A stretch of DNA of 27,783 bases from a virus (IMGVR_UViG_3300044984_002326:1-27783); one strand, 5' to 3'; positions 1 to 7,676 are shown, counted from the first letter of the stretch. Notes: generated from the sequence alone by a model not told the origin. Numbers and translations: made by a program.

Positions 1-1
1 T

Positions 2-2299
2 TGCGATAAGTTTACGGGTATCTTGATTGATTGAAGCTAAACCTGCAATATCGCGGATTCCTTGATACACCCACACAGCAGAACTTGTTGTCGCGTCCGT
101 GCAAACATAGACTGTGCCGTCATCAAGAATACGGCGTGATCCTATGATGTATCCTTTGGCAGCATCATCGGTGGTAGTTGGAACTGCCGTGAAGCCGAAC
201 ATCTCAGTGCGAATGGTGAAGCCGTCTTGACCCATCACATAGAGTCTTCCTGCTTCCCACTTGAACTCATAGTCAAGGGAGCAGACCATAGCGATACCAC
301 CTGCGCCACCGTTGCCAGCGTCAGTTAGTCCTTCTCTGAGTCGTGAACCATTAGCAAAATTGATGTCCGCACCTGCGTCCATTGTACCCCCAGCAAGAGG
401 CAAAGCACCAATATCAGCAGGAGTGAGCGGGTCGCTTCCGCCGATTGCGTGAGTCGGCGCGTGAAGAGCCAGTGCCTGTGTCGTGCCGAACAGTAGCTGG
501 TGATTGTCAGCGAAACCAGTAGTTCCAGTTCCGCCAGAATCTACAAGGGTGACGGGAAACGTAAAGTAGGCATTTGCGGTTCCACCGTCGGTCAAAGTCG
601 GTGTTCCAGAAACAGACCATAGCTGGAAATTCTGAGAATCGTCACGATCTTGCAAGAACAGTTGCTGTCCTTCTTGAATGAAGCCTAAGAAAAATTCAAT
701 GTCGTCATTGTCTTGATCCTTGTGTGATACGTTAATGCTGGTCGCGTCAACCTGAGTCGCATTGTCCCAAATGAGTCTCCCCGAAGTAGGATTACCAGTA
801 ATTATTCCCGTTTCAGCCCTGTAATGCCAAGTAGTGACTGAAGAATTTCCATTGTATCCACGTCTCCAAACGGCGGCGTCCTCGGTAGCGTCCGTGCAAA
901 TGTAGATTGTGCCGTCAACGGTTTCCCAACGAGTTCCGGGGACAAAACCTTGGGTTATGTCATCTGTTGAAGCTGGGTTGATTTCGTCGATTGCAAGAAT
1001 CCTCAAAATCTGACCGCTGTTGACTTGCCGCAGGATCATTCTGCCAGCAACCCACTGCCAGCGGTAGCCAACAGAGCATTCAATCTCCAACCCTTGTTCT
1101 CCTGCTTCTCGGATTGCTGAGCCATTATCCCAGCCGATTGTTGCATTGTCATCCATTGTGCCGCCAGCAAGGGGAAGGAAGTCACCCCCACCTTGCAGAG
1201 CCGCGAAAGAAGTCTGAACCCAAAGATCATAGGCGGGGGAACCAATCAAGGGCTCAAATAATTCCCAGTCTGCTCCGTATGGTGGATAGCCGGGATTGCC
1301 GGGATTGCTGATTTTAATGTAAAGTAAATCTTCATATAGAACAACGGAACCAACCGCATACGTGCCATCGCCGTTGTTGTATTCTCCGCGATAATCGACC
1401 GCGACTGGTTGCAAGGAAGTGTCAGCAAGATCTCCTTGCGCGGCAGTAGCAAAGGCTTCTACGTCTTCGGCAGCCGCAGTTCCTAGAATTGGCAAGTTGT
1501 TAAGGTCATCGTAATCACCGCTGGTAGCTACTTCAGCAAGATCTTCGGGCTGTACCGCGCTATCAGCCAAGTCTCCTTGCGCTGAGGTCGCGTAGTCGGT
1601 CGAATCTGTAAAGGCCGCACTGCCGAGTTCGTCTGCCGTTAGGGTTGTCTTTATCCAGACTGCCGCTCCGTTTGTCGCATTGACGCAGAGGTAGGCTTCC
1701 TGTCCAACTGAGTCATACCATTTAGATCCTCGGCTATACCCTTCCGTTACGTCGTCATTTATTGTCGGAGCTGCTACGGCCGTGAAATTGTCAATGGGTA
1801 TGCCTATGTTCTCTTTTGCTTGGGTTTTTTGAGGATCGGTAAGCGTTTGTTCTTCATCATAGCGCACATTTCCGCTGATAGGGTAGGCCGGAGGATTGGT
1901 CGTGTAGATCGGAATGACTGTTTCATCGTCCCTAGTAACGGCCTGCTCCAGTTTTAATTTGCCTACTTGGACGTGCCTACGCTCCCCGGTATCTGCATTT
2001 TGAGCAAGAATTCCCCAATAATATGATCCTGGGTCAATACCAACAACAACGGGATCGGCCTCGGCGTCACCGCGAGTATCAATCGGAACAATTGATACCA
2101 ATGCGTCGTTAAACGCGTTCAAGATTCCAGCGCCAGTTATTTTCTGGATCAACGCGTCTTCGTCGGAATCAGTGTCAGGATCAGCTTTTAAAGTAAAAGT
2201 CAGCAACCATTCATCTGTGGCTCGAAACGGCCGCCCCTCCCATATAAGCGGGATCCGATAAGTCTTGTTGTCTCCAATTTTTTGAGTAAGGGGTATCAT
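2..2299 (-). CDS. Tail fibre / receptor-binding protein, 3' partial (>=766 aa, runs off left edge); BppU-like N-terminal Ig-type domain followed by repeated fibre modules
   Basis: Not in the ORF track because it has no stop in the window. Manual translation from ATG at 2299 (MIPLTQKIGDNKTYRIPL...) stays open to position 2 (...NQDTRKLIA). N-terminus has the pattern GD..YRI..WLLTFTLK..ALIQK..VSIVPIDT..PGSYYWGI..VGKLKL..VTR. Also contains VRYDEEQTLTDPQKTQAKENIG, AQGDLAD(S/T)xxQP x2, LPLAGGTMD x2, HAPTHAIGGSDPLTPADIGA, and P..DD...G...G...Y.C..AT...AVW x3, all typical of phage fibre proteins. Confidence 0.8.
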   Translation of the reverse strand, partial: MIPLTQKIGDNKTYRIPLIWEGRPFRATDEWLLTFTLKADPDTDSDEDALIQKITGAGILNAFNDALVSIVPIDTRGDAEADPVVVGIDPGSYYWGILAQNADTGERRHVQVGKLKLEQAVTRDDETVIPIYTTNPPAYPISGNVRYDEEQTLTDPQKTQAKENIGIPIDNFTAVAAPTINDDVTEGYSRGSKWYDSVGQEAYLCVNATNGAAVWIKTTLTADELGSAAFTDSTDYATSAQGDLADSAVQPEDLAEVATSGDYDDLNNLPILGTAAAEDVEAFATAAQGDLADTSLQPVAVDYRGEYNNGDGTYAVGSVVLYEDLLYIKISNPGNPGYPPYGADWELFEPLIGSPAYDLWVQTSFAALQGGGDFLPLAGGTMDDNATIGWDNGSAIREAGEQGLEIECSVGYRWQWVAGRMILRQVNSGQILRILAIDEINPASTDDITQGFVPGTRWETVDGTIYICTDATEDAAVWRRGYNGNSSVTTWHYRAETGIITGNPTSGRLIWDNATQVDATSINVSHKDQDNDDIEFFLGFIQEGQQLFLQDRDDSQNFQLWSVSGTPTLTDGGTANAYFTFPVTLVDSGGTGTTGFADNHQLLFGTTQALALHAPTHAIGGSDPLTPADIGALPLAGGTMDAGADINFANGSRLREGLTDAGNGGAGGIAMVCSLDYEFKWEAGRLYVMGQDGFTIRTEMFGFTAVPTTTDDAAKGYIIGSRRILDDGTVYVCTDATTSSAVWVYQGIRDIAGLASINQDTRKLIA
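71..1768 (-). repeat. Internal protein-level repeats in the tail fibre: ~105-110-aa duplicated module (71-403 and 866-1177) whose C-terminal ~37-aa part has a third copy (1655-1768)
   Basis: Copies: PTINDDVTEGYSRGSKW...YLCVNATNGAAVW; PASTDDITQGFVPGTRW...YICTDATEDAAVW; PTTTDDAAKGYIIGSRR...YVCTDATTSSAVW. The two longer copies both begin LPLAGGTMD and contain W(V/E)AGR. Confidence 0.85.
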
Positions 2300-2304
2300 G
2301 GTAA

Positions 2305-2793
2305 TTAGCAGGTTGATCCCGGTAAAGTTGGGATAATGTCTTTAATCTTAACCGCGAATTGAATCTGCATGGCAATGTTCGCTCTTGCTGTGCTAGTTTT
2401 TTCGCTTCCACTGGTTTCAGCCAGGTCGCGGGTCGTCACTGATGTGCTGTTGTTTGTGCCTGTTTTAGTAGAATCTCGATTAGATGTTCCCGTTTTGCTG
2501 CTAGTATTAGCAACGGTTCCATTCCCGGTTTTGGTCGCGGTAGTATTGCGCGTTCCAGTTCCAGTTTTTGACCCAGTAGTGTTACGCGTTCCGGTTCCAG
2601 TTTTTGTTCCGGTGGAAGTGCGTGTTCCCGTTCCGGTTTTTGTTCCGGTAGAATTGCTTGTACGATTCCCGGTTTTTGTTCCGGTAGAATTGCTTGTACG
2701 GGTGCCATTACGCGTCGTAGTACCAAAGCGATTACTGGAAGTAATATCGCTTTTGTTATATTCATTCGCGCTATCTGTATTTTGAGTCGGCAT
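2305..2793 (-). CDS. Thr/Gly-rich basic 12-aa-repeat protein (162 aa), probable virion component
   Basis: ORF track; collinear and tightly packed with its neighbours. Repeat consensus TGTKTGTGTRxx with Lys at residues 40, 52, 64, 76, 88, 100. Short hydrophobic C-terminus IAMQIQFAVKIKDIIP. Confidence 0.75.
   Translation of the reverse strand: MPTQNTDSANEYNKSDITSSNRFGTTTRNGTRTSNSTGTKTGNRTSNSTGTKTGTGTRTSTGTKTGTGTRNTTGSKTGTGTRNTTATKTGNGTVANTSSKTGTSNRDSTKTGTNNSTSVTTRDLAETSGSEKTSTARANIAMQIQFAVKIKDIIPTLPGSTC
2458..2721 (-). repeat. Degenerate 36-nt tandem repeat encoding TGTKTG(T/N)xxxxx
   Basis: Recurring ccggtttttgttccggt-like units about every 36 nt on the plus strand. Confidence 0.85.
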
Positions 2794-2796
2794 TAT

Positions 2797-3378
2797 TTAA
2801 GATTGGGTTGATTCACTTTGCCCGCTACCGTTATATACGGTAGTAGTTCCTCCAACTGATGTATCATTTGTTGTTCCACTGTCGGTATCGGTATTTGTTC
2901 CGGTTTCCGTTGTAGTGTCGGTGTCCGTGGAATTTCCAGTTTCAGTAGTGGTGTCAGTATCAGTGGTAGTTCCGGTTTCCGTCGTGGTATCAGTATCAGT
3001 GGTAGTTCCGGTTTCCGTCGTGGTATCAGTGTCCGTATTTGTTCCGGTTTCCGTCGTGGTGTCGGTGTCCGTAGAATTTTGATTTGAAACGCTAGAATCT
3101 GTATCAATACCAATTTCAACACCTGTATCAACACTTGTGCCATTGGTGATAGTTGTAGTTGAACCACTTTGGCCACCTGTGTTTGTCCCAATATCAACAG
3201 AATCATACGCAAGCAATTCAGGTTGCCATGATTTGACGACAATAACCGAAAATTGAATGACTTCCGGCATTTCAACAAGTGTTCCGGCTATCCGTGCTTG
3301 TGCAAGGCCTGTGCGCACTTGCAAAACCGTTTCTTCAATGAAAGCGGGCAAATTTGCGATTGGGACGACGTTTTCCAT
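2797..3378 (-). CDS. Thr/Asp/Glu-rich acidic 12-aa-repeat protein (193 aa), probable virion component
   Basis: ORF track. N-terminal ~55 aa look folded (LPAFIEETVLQVRTGLAQA...EVIQFSVIVV), followed by about 5 copies of TDTDTTTETG(T/N)(N/T/S). No Lys/Arg after residue 49. Confidence 0.8.
   Translation of the reverse strand: MENVVPIANLPAFIEETVLQVRTGLAQARIAGTLVEMPEVIQFSVIVVKSWQPELLAYDSVDIGTNTGGQSGSTTTITNGTSVDTGVEIGIDTDSSVSNQNSTDTDTTTETGTNTDTDTTTETGTTTDTDTTTETGTTTDTDTTTETGNSTDTDTTTETGTNTDTDSGTTNDTSVGGTTTVYNGSGQSESTQS
2881..3072 (-). repeat. 36-nt tandem repeat (~5 copies) encoding TDTDTTTETGTx
   Basis: gtatcagtggtagttccggtttccgtcgtggtatca-like unit with a 36-nt period. Confidence 0.9.
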
Positions 3379-3381
3379 GTT

Positions 3382-4269
3382 TTAGTAGCCTTTTGGTGTG
3401 CCGACTCGGTTTGCCGGGGTTGAAAGTGTTTTAGGGGAAAGAATCGAGTATTCTGTCATTGCTGCTTTTTGTTCTGAACGGGCTTCGGCTTTCTCTTCTT
3501 GATTTGCCCACATTGAGGATTTGGTAAGGTGCCCGCGCGCGATCGGAATGAGATACGCTTCAATGTGCTCATCTCGCAGCGCCACCTCGGATTCATTATC
3601 GAGAAGATCCAGGAAGGTTACACGCAAAGGCGCTTTGGTTGCGTCGGCCTGGATGCGGTAAGCGACATCAGGAAGGGTGTTGAGACGGATGATCGACGGC
3701 ACCGGGGGATTTTGATTCTCGGCCTTGGCTTCCGGCCACCAACGATCCGGGCGGCCTATGCGCTTCTGTGGTGCTTGGTTGCGGCCGTAGTCCAGGCTTC
3801 CAATTGTCTTGCTGAAATCCTGGGTCACTCTGGTCCGGGTATCGATAATGTGAAGATCGCTGACAATTTCTTCGATTGTCGAAGGCACAAGGATGGCGTC
3901 TCCGTAAATAATGGCGCTCACCGTGCCTGTGGCACCAATGTAGGGGTGAAGCAGGGAGTTGGTTCCGTTGATCTGATTATCAACCGCGTCTCCGTCGATC
4001 CGGATTGTGCGGTAGAAATCACTTTCAGGAAAATTATACCCGGTGATCTCGGTGGATCCTTGAGTCACTCCCAGAGAAACGGTTTGCGGTGCCGGGGAAG
4101 AAAAAGAGGCAATTACTTGCTTGGAGTGCGGAGGCGCAAGGCTGTGGAGCTTTTGCCCGGCAAAATTGATAGCATCGACCAATTCAAGCCGAGTATCGGC
4201 AGTGAGATCGGCAAGAGACTTCTCTTTCAAATCTCGCATCAAACGTGAGGCTAAGGCGATCGTTTTCAT
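3382..4269 (-). CDS. Phage head-tail adaptor / neck ring-like protein (295 aa)
   Basis: N-terminal helices (ELVDAINFAGQKL), GRPDRWW, IRLNTLPDVAYRIQ, and EHIEAYLIPIARG follow the layout of podovirus adaptor proteins. TAATG overlap with the upstream gene. Confidence 0.55.
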   Translation of the reverse strand: MKTIALASRLMRDLKEKSLADLTADTRLELVDAINFAGQKLHSLAPPHSKQVIASFSSPAPQTVSLGVTQGSTEITGYNFPESDFYRTIRIDGDAVDNQINGTNSLLHPYIGATGTVSAIIYGDAILVPSTIEEIVSDLHIIDTRTRVTQDFSKTIGSLDYGRNQAPQKRIGRPDRWWPEAKAENQNPPVPSIIRLNTLPDVAYRIQADATKAPLRVTFLDLLDNESEVALRDEHIEAYLIPIARGHLTKSSMWANQEEKAEARSEQKAAMTEYSILSPKTLSTPANRVGTPKGY

Positions 4270-5057
4270 TATTTAGGTGCAACCGCCTCCTTCCGGTCGT
4301 TCATGTTGTCACCGGATAAACCGGGGAGGGGATCAGCTAAGCCGATCTGGCGCGCGACATCCAAGTATTCCATCATTAGGGATTTCTGTTGAGCTTCTCC
4401 TCCTGCAAAAAGCCAGAAACAAGAGGCGTAATATCTCACGGCCGGGAGAAGCAGGCTTTCAACGTATTTGTGAGGAATCGGCACAACCGTTCTGGCCGTG
4501 TAATCTTCCCAGGTGTAACGGGGCGCTTCATTCACGACTTCGAGAAGGATAACCGTTGCCTCGGTGGGTGCCGGAGTAATATGGATCGAGCATGACGCAG
4601 GATCGTTTTCAGAAGTGGCTTCGCGGTCAATGTAATAAGCAACCGGGCGATCCGGGGTTTCTCCATCCAGAAAAAGATCAGAAAATTGCTCTAACTCCGA
4701 CAAACTCCCGATCGGAGCCAATGTCTTGAGGTTTGACGCAAGCCTGGCATGGCCTGTGACGTTTTGCACGTTTCCGGGAAGGTTGATTTTTCCCTGGTTG
4801 GCTGGGAAGGTCAGCTCCAGCTTCGAACTCGTCCAATAGCTTCTTTCTTTGGCGCGGTTCCAAATCACCTGCATGGCGCGGTTCAAATCATTAAGCGCGC
4901 GCTTGCGGTAATGGATTGCCACGTTACAAGGGCTTTCCATCGCCCACATGAGGAAGACATCCAAAAGAATGTCCTGAACTGTTAGCGCGTAATTCACCCC
5001 GGCGAGCCTGGGAGAAAAGCTCACGTTACACGGGAAATTTACGGAAGGAAGTGTCAT
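4269..5057 (-). CDS. Phage head-tail adaptor / neck ring-like protein (~262 aa; start moved from 5090 to ATG 5057)
   Basis: ALNDLNRAMQVIW...LELTFPANQGKINLP...PDRPVAYYI...IHITPAP...VPIPHKYVESLLLPAVRYYA is an adaptor-type pattern. ATG at 5057 forms an ATGA overlap with the stop of the 133-aa gene. Confidence 0.6.
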   Translation of the reverse strand: MTLPSVNFPCNVSFSPRLAGVNYALTVQDILLDVFLMWAMESPCNVAIHYRKRALNDLNRAMQVIWNRAKERSYWTSSKLELTFPANQGKINLPGNVQNVTGHARLASNLKTLAPIGSLSELEQFSDLFLDGETPDRPVAYYIDREATSENDPASCSIHITPAPTEATVILLEVVNEAPRYTWEDYTARTVVPIPHKYVESLLLPAVRYYASCFWLFAGGEAQQKSLMMEYLDVARQIGLADPLPGLSGDNMNDRKEAVAPK

Positions 5058-5455
5058 TGCATGGAGAAAGACAACGATCCGGCTGGCCATGAGGGAGTGT
5101 CCCCGGCTGCGATCGTGACTTGTTGGCTAAGGTTTGCTGAAAAAAGGAGGTTGCCGCCTGAAGAAGCGTCAAAGATCCCAACTGCTCGAACGGCACCCCA
5201 GGAGGCGGAGGGCTGCGGAAATGCGATTTCCTGCCCGTTGGATTTCACTCCATTGACCGCCGCTGGGAAGTTGGTGTTATTGTTTGTCACCTCCACTCGC
5301 TCATAATCGTTTCCGGTTACTTCATCTCCGCTCCCATCGTCTCCGATAGCAGTAGTGAAAAGGCCGACGAACACCGAGGCCGGGCGAGTGTAGTCGCCTC
5401 CGCCCAGGATGTGATCCAGGATTTCGTTTTCAAGATAATCGGAAAGTGCGCTCAT
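5054..5455 (-). CDS. Small beta-rich virion protein (widespread family often annotated 'tail fiber protein'), 133 aa
   Basis: Recognisable pattern MSALSDYLENEILDH...VGLFT...EV.G..Y.RV.V...N...I.FP..S.SWG.V..VGIFDA.SGGNLL. Confidence 0.7.
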   Translation of the reverse strand: MSALSDYLENEILDHILGGGDYTRPASVFVGLFTTAIGDDGSGDEVTGNDYERVEVTNNNTNFPAAVNGVKSNGQEIAFPQPSASWGAVRAVGIFDASSGGNLLFSANLSQQVTIAAGDTPSWPAGSLSFSMQ

Positions 5456-5462
5456 GGTGGTA

Positions 5463-6029
5463 TTAAACTAAGGGTTCTGCTGCGGGTGACTCTCCAGCGG
5501 AAGCGATAAAGGCCAACGCTTTTTCGCGGAGCTCTCCCTCGCCTTTGACCATCTTCAACTTGCCTTCAAAAAGGCGGCCGACGATCCGGCCTTCGTGGTA
5601 GATGTCGTCACCGTCTTGGAAAAAACCGTAATTAAAATCTTTTGTGACTAAATTGGAATCTTCGGAGGTAGATTTGATTTCTTCGGAGGTGGGCTCCGAA
5701 TCTTCGGAGGTGGGCTCCGAATCTTCGGAGGTGCTTTTTTCCACTGTTTTTTTGGCAAGCGCTTTACCGAGTTGTTTACGCTCGTAGGCGTCGGGCTCTC
5801 CCGTGTTTGGGGAAGCGTTTGCTTCGATCATGGCCAAGGGCCGGAAATTGTAACCGCTCGTGCGATAGTTGGGGTCAAAGATCGTTTCGCAAGCCGCGTT
5901 GAACTCGTGAACGTCCATGATCTTGCCCTGGTAGATGTATTTCCCAAGCTGCTCGTTGTAGGGGAAATCTGACATACGCGGGAATTGGCCCTGGCGAAGT
6001 CGATTGCAGATATAAATGATAAATTTCAT
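5463..6029 (-). CDS. Hypothetical phage protein (188 aa) with a 7-aa acidic repeat
   Basis: ORF track; fills the gap between the capsid terminator and the next virion gene. Contains TSEDSEP-type repeats. Confidence 0.7.
   Translation of the reverse strand: MKFIIYICNRLRQGQFPRMSDFPYNEQLGKYIYQGKIMDVHEFNAACETIFDPNYRTSGYNFRPLAMIEANASPNTGEPDAYERKQLGKALAKKTVEKSTSEDSEPTSEDSEPTSEEIKSTSEDSNLVTKDFNYGFFQDGDDIYHEGRIVGRLFEGKLKMVKGEGELREKALAFIASAGESPAAEPLV
5656..5733 (-). repeat. 21-nt tandem repeat, 4 copies (TSEDSEP)
   Basis: tcttcggaggt recurs at 5659, 5680, 5701 and 5722. Confidence 0.9.
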
Positions 6030-6046
6030 AATGTGGCGTTTTCTTG

Positions 6047-6090
6047 AAAAAAAAGGGTAGCGGGGAAAGAACCGAAATTCTCTCCCCGCT
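6047..6090 (-). terminator. Rho-independent terminator after the major capsid gene
   Basis: Minus strand reads AGCGGGGAGAGAA-tttcgg-TTCTTTCCCCGCT-accc-TTTTTTTT, starting 13 nt after the capsid stop. Confidence 0.85.
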
Positions 6091-6103
6091 GGTTGGTGGT
6101 TAA

Positions 6104-7570
6104 TTAAGCCACGGTTGGGAACGAAATTCCCGGATAGCTGATAGCGTGGCGAACACGGACAACCGCAGGGTGACGGCCTTTACGGTCTTCACGGATGGTT
6201 TGACCAAATACGCTGGTGATGAAGCGATCCATAAGGAATCCGCCTTCATGCACTTGCTGGCTACGATGGCCACGGTGTTTGCCGTAACCGCGAAGCGCTG
6301 CACACTTGCCGAGCACAAGGGTATCACCAATCGGAACTCCTTTGGAGTTACAAGGAATGATGAGGGATCCTTCTGGGTGCGCGTCGGTGTGTTTTCCGCT
6401 CCATACTCCAGTGTTCCAAACGACATCACCAAGGGTAGTGACGCGAGCGCCGGAAGCGGCGGAGCCAAGGCGATTAACGATAGTGATTTTCTCACCGTCG
6501 TTGCCAGTAGTGTAGGAATACATACCGAATTTACCTGCATCGGCACCAGTGGTGTTGCAAATGAGGAAATAACGAGTTTCGGACGCTGGGCTGAATATGC
6601 CTGTATCGACAAACTCATAAGGACTACCCGCGAAATAGCGGAAGAAATCAGAGCTGTCGGCTTCGGCTGCGGTGCCGCCACCTTTAACGTCGATTGCCGT
6701 GGTGCCTGCGGTGATTGCAACACCGAGGAAAGCTTTCGGGTTAAGGAACGAGCCTTGTGGGCCAACTCCGTCGTGGTCAATTGGGTTGTAAGGAACAACC
6801 GTGTGGCCATCGATGGAAGGATAGCCACCTTTGAAGATGGTGTTTCCTTTGCCGCGAATGTCACCAGAAGCAAGAACCGTTTTGTAATCCGGATCAAGTT
6901 TAAGAGACAGAAGTGCAGCTTCGGTGGCGATAACGGATTGCGACCAGATCGGCTGACCGGATTGCTTGCCTGCGACGTTCGCAGGAAGGCCTCCCAGGGG
7001 CTTCATGGCTTGGCCAGCGGTAACAATCTCGTCCCATACAAGCGCATCAGCACTGGAAAGGGTATTGAGAGTCTTGCCGTTGGCAAACAACACGTTTTCG
7101 CTATTCAGTTTGAGCTGGAACATACCGAAAAGCTGTTCGGACTTGGTGCGGCCGAGCCATTTACCAAGCTCAATGTTGAACTTGGTTTTGATCTCGTTAC
7201 GCATACCCATAACTTCTTCCATGCGCTCGCTGTTACGAACAGCGTTACGAATGAAGTCAACGGTAAGCGTGAAGTCACCAACACGAACCGTCTCGAAGTC
7301 AGAAGGGCCTTCGAAGAGAGCTTCTCCGAATTTACCTTTGTTGTAGAATCCACTCATAGGAGTGAATACCATCGATTGGCCGCGTCCTTTAGCGGTGTCG
7401 GTTTTTGCCCAGATCGGGGCGCGATCCGTCGAACTTTCCATTTGTTGGAAGAAGTCTTCGGTTTGTTCGGCAATCAGGACGCCCTGATGCCAGAGCTTGC
7501 GAACGCTCGCGGGAGACATTGCAGCAAGTGAGGTGCCGGTATTCGGCGATGTGAAGTCAAATGAAGGCAT
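6104..7570 (-). CDS. Major capsid protein (DUF4043 / N4-gp56-like, HK97 fold) with a probable insertion domain, 488 aa
   Basis: VRKLW...PIWAKTDTAKGRGQSMVF...G..GEALFEG...FTLTVDFIRNAV...LGKWL...DPDYK...RGKGNTIFKG...IDG is the DUF4043-type pattern. It lies after the scaffold gene and is followed by a terminator. Confidence 0.85.
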   Translation of the reverse strand: MPSFDFTSPNTGTSLAAMSPASVRKLWHQGVLIAEQTEDFFQQMESSTDRAPIWAKTDTAKGRGQSMVFTPMSGFYNKGKFGEALFEGPSDFETVRVGDFTLTVDFIRNAVRNSERMEEVMGMRNEIKTKFNIELGKWLGRTKSEQLFGMFQLKLNSENVLFANGKTLNTLSSADALVWDEIVTAGQAMKPLGGLPANVAGKQSGQPIWSQSVIATEAALLSLKLDPDYKTVLASGDIRGKGNTIFKGGYPSIDGHTVVPYNPIDHDGVGPQGSFLNPKAFLGVAITAGTTAIDVKGGGTAAEADSSDFFRYFAGSPYEFVDTGIFSPASETRYFLICNTTGADAGKFGMYSYTTGNDGEKITIVNRLGSAASGARVTTLGDVVWNTGVWSGKHTDAHPEGSLIIPCNSKGVPIGDTLVLGKCAALRGYGKHRGHRSQQVHEGGFLMDRFITSVFGQTIREDRKGRHPAVVRVRHAISYPGISFPTVA

Positions 7571-7676
7571 GGTTTTAGGTGGTTTGTGGTTATTTTAAGG
7601 CTTAGAAAAAGGAATTACTTCCTTATGAGAGCCCCTAAATAAGCCGTTTCCACGACCTGCCAGGTGTCACAACCAA

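Noticed and set aside
71-1177. Duplicated tail-fibre modules as template/variable repeats of a diversity-generating retroelement
   Set aside because: Copies are highly diverged at all bases rather than only at adenines, both are coding, and no reverse transcriptase is in the window.
1036-1452. Short ORFs 1036-1245, 1114-1311 and 1246-1452 in the track
   Set aside because: They lie within the long open tail-fibre frame (2299 to the left edge), which explains the region.
2797-2799. Genome-wide stop-codon reassignment as the explanation for the TAA between the repeat genes
   Set aside because: TAA, TGA and TAG all terminate well-formed genes elsewhere in the window, and the long genes are uninterrupted under the standard code.
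2881-3072. 36-nt periodic repeats as a possible CRISPR array
   Set aside because: Units are directly tandem with no unique spacers, are in-frame coding, and no cas genes are present.
2369-3278. Val/Pro-rich plus-strand ORF 2369-2785 and alternate-frame minus ORFs 2436-2765 and 2793-3278
   Set aside because: By-products of the 36-nt repeats. The Thr-rich frames fit the gene packing and show synonymous third-position variation.
6146-7531. 461-aa plus-strand ORF antisense to the capsid gene (and the 265-aa alternate-frame ORF 6100-6897)
   Set aside because: Fully overlaps a convincing capsid gene, has no motif and atypical composition; expected shadow ORF from codon bias.
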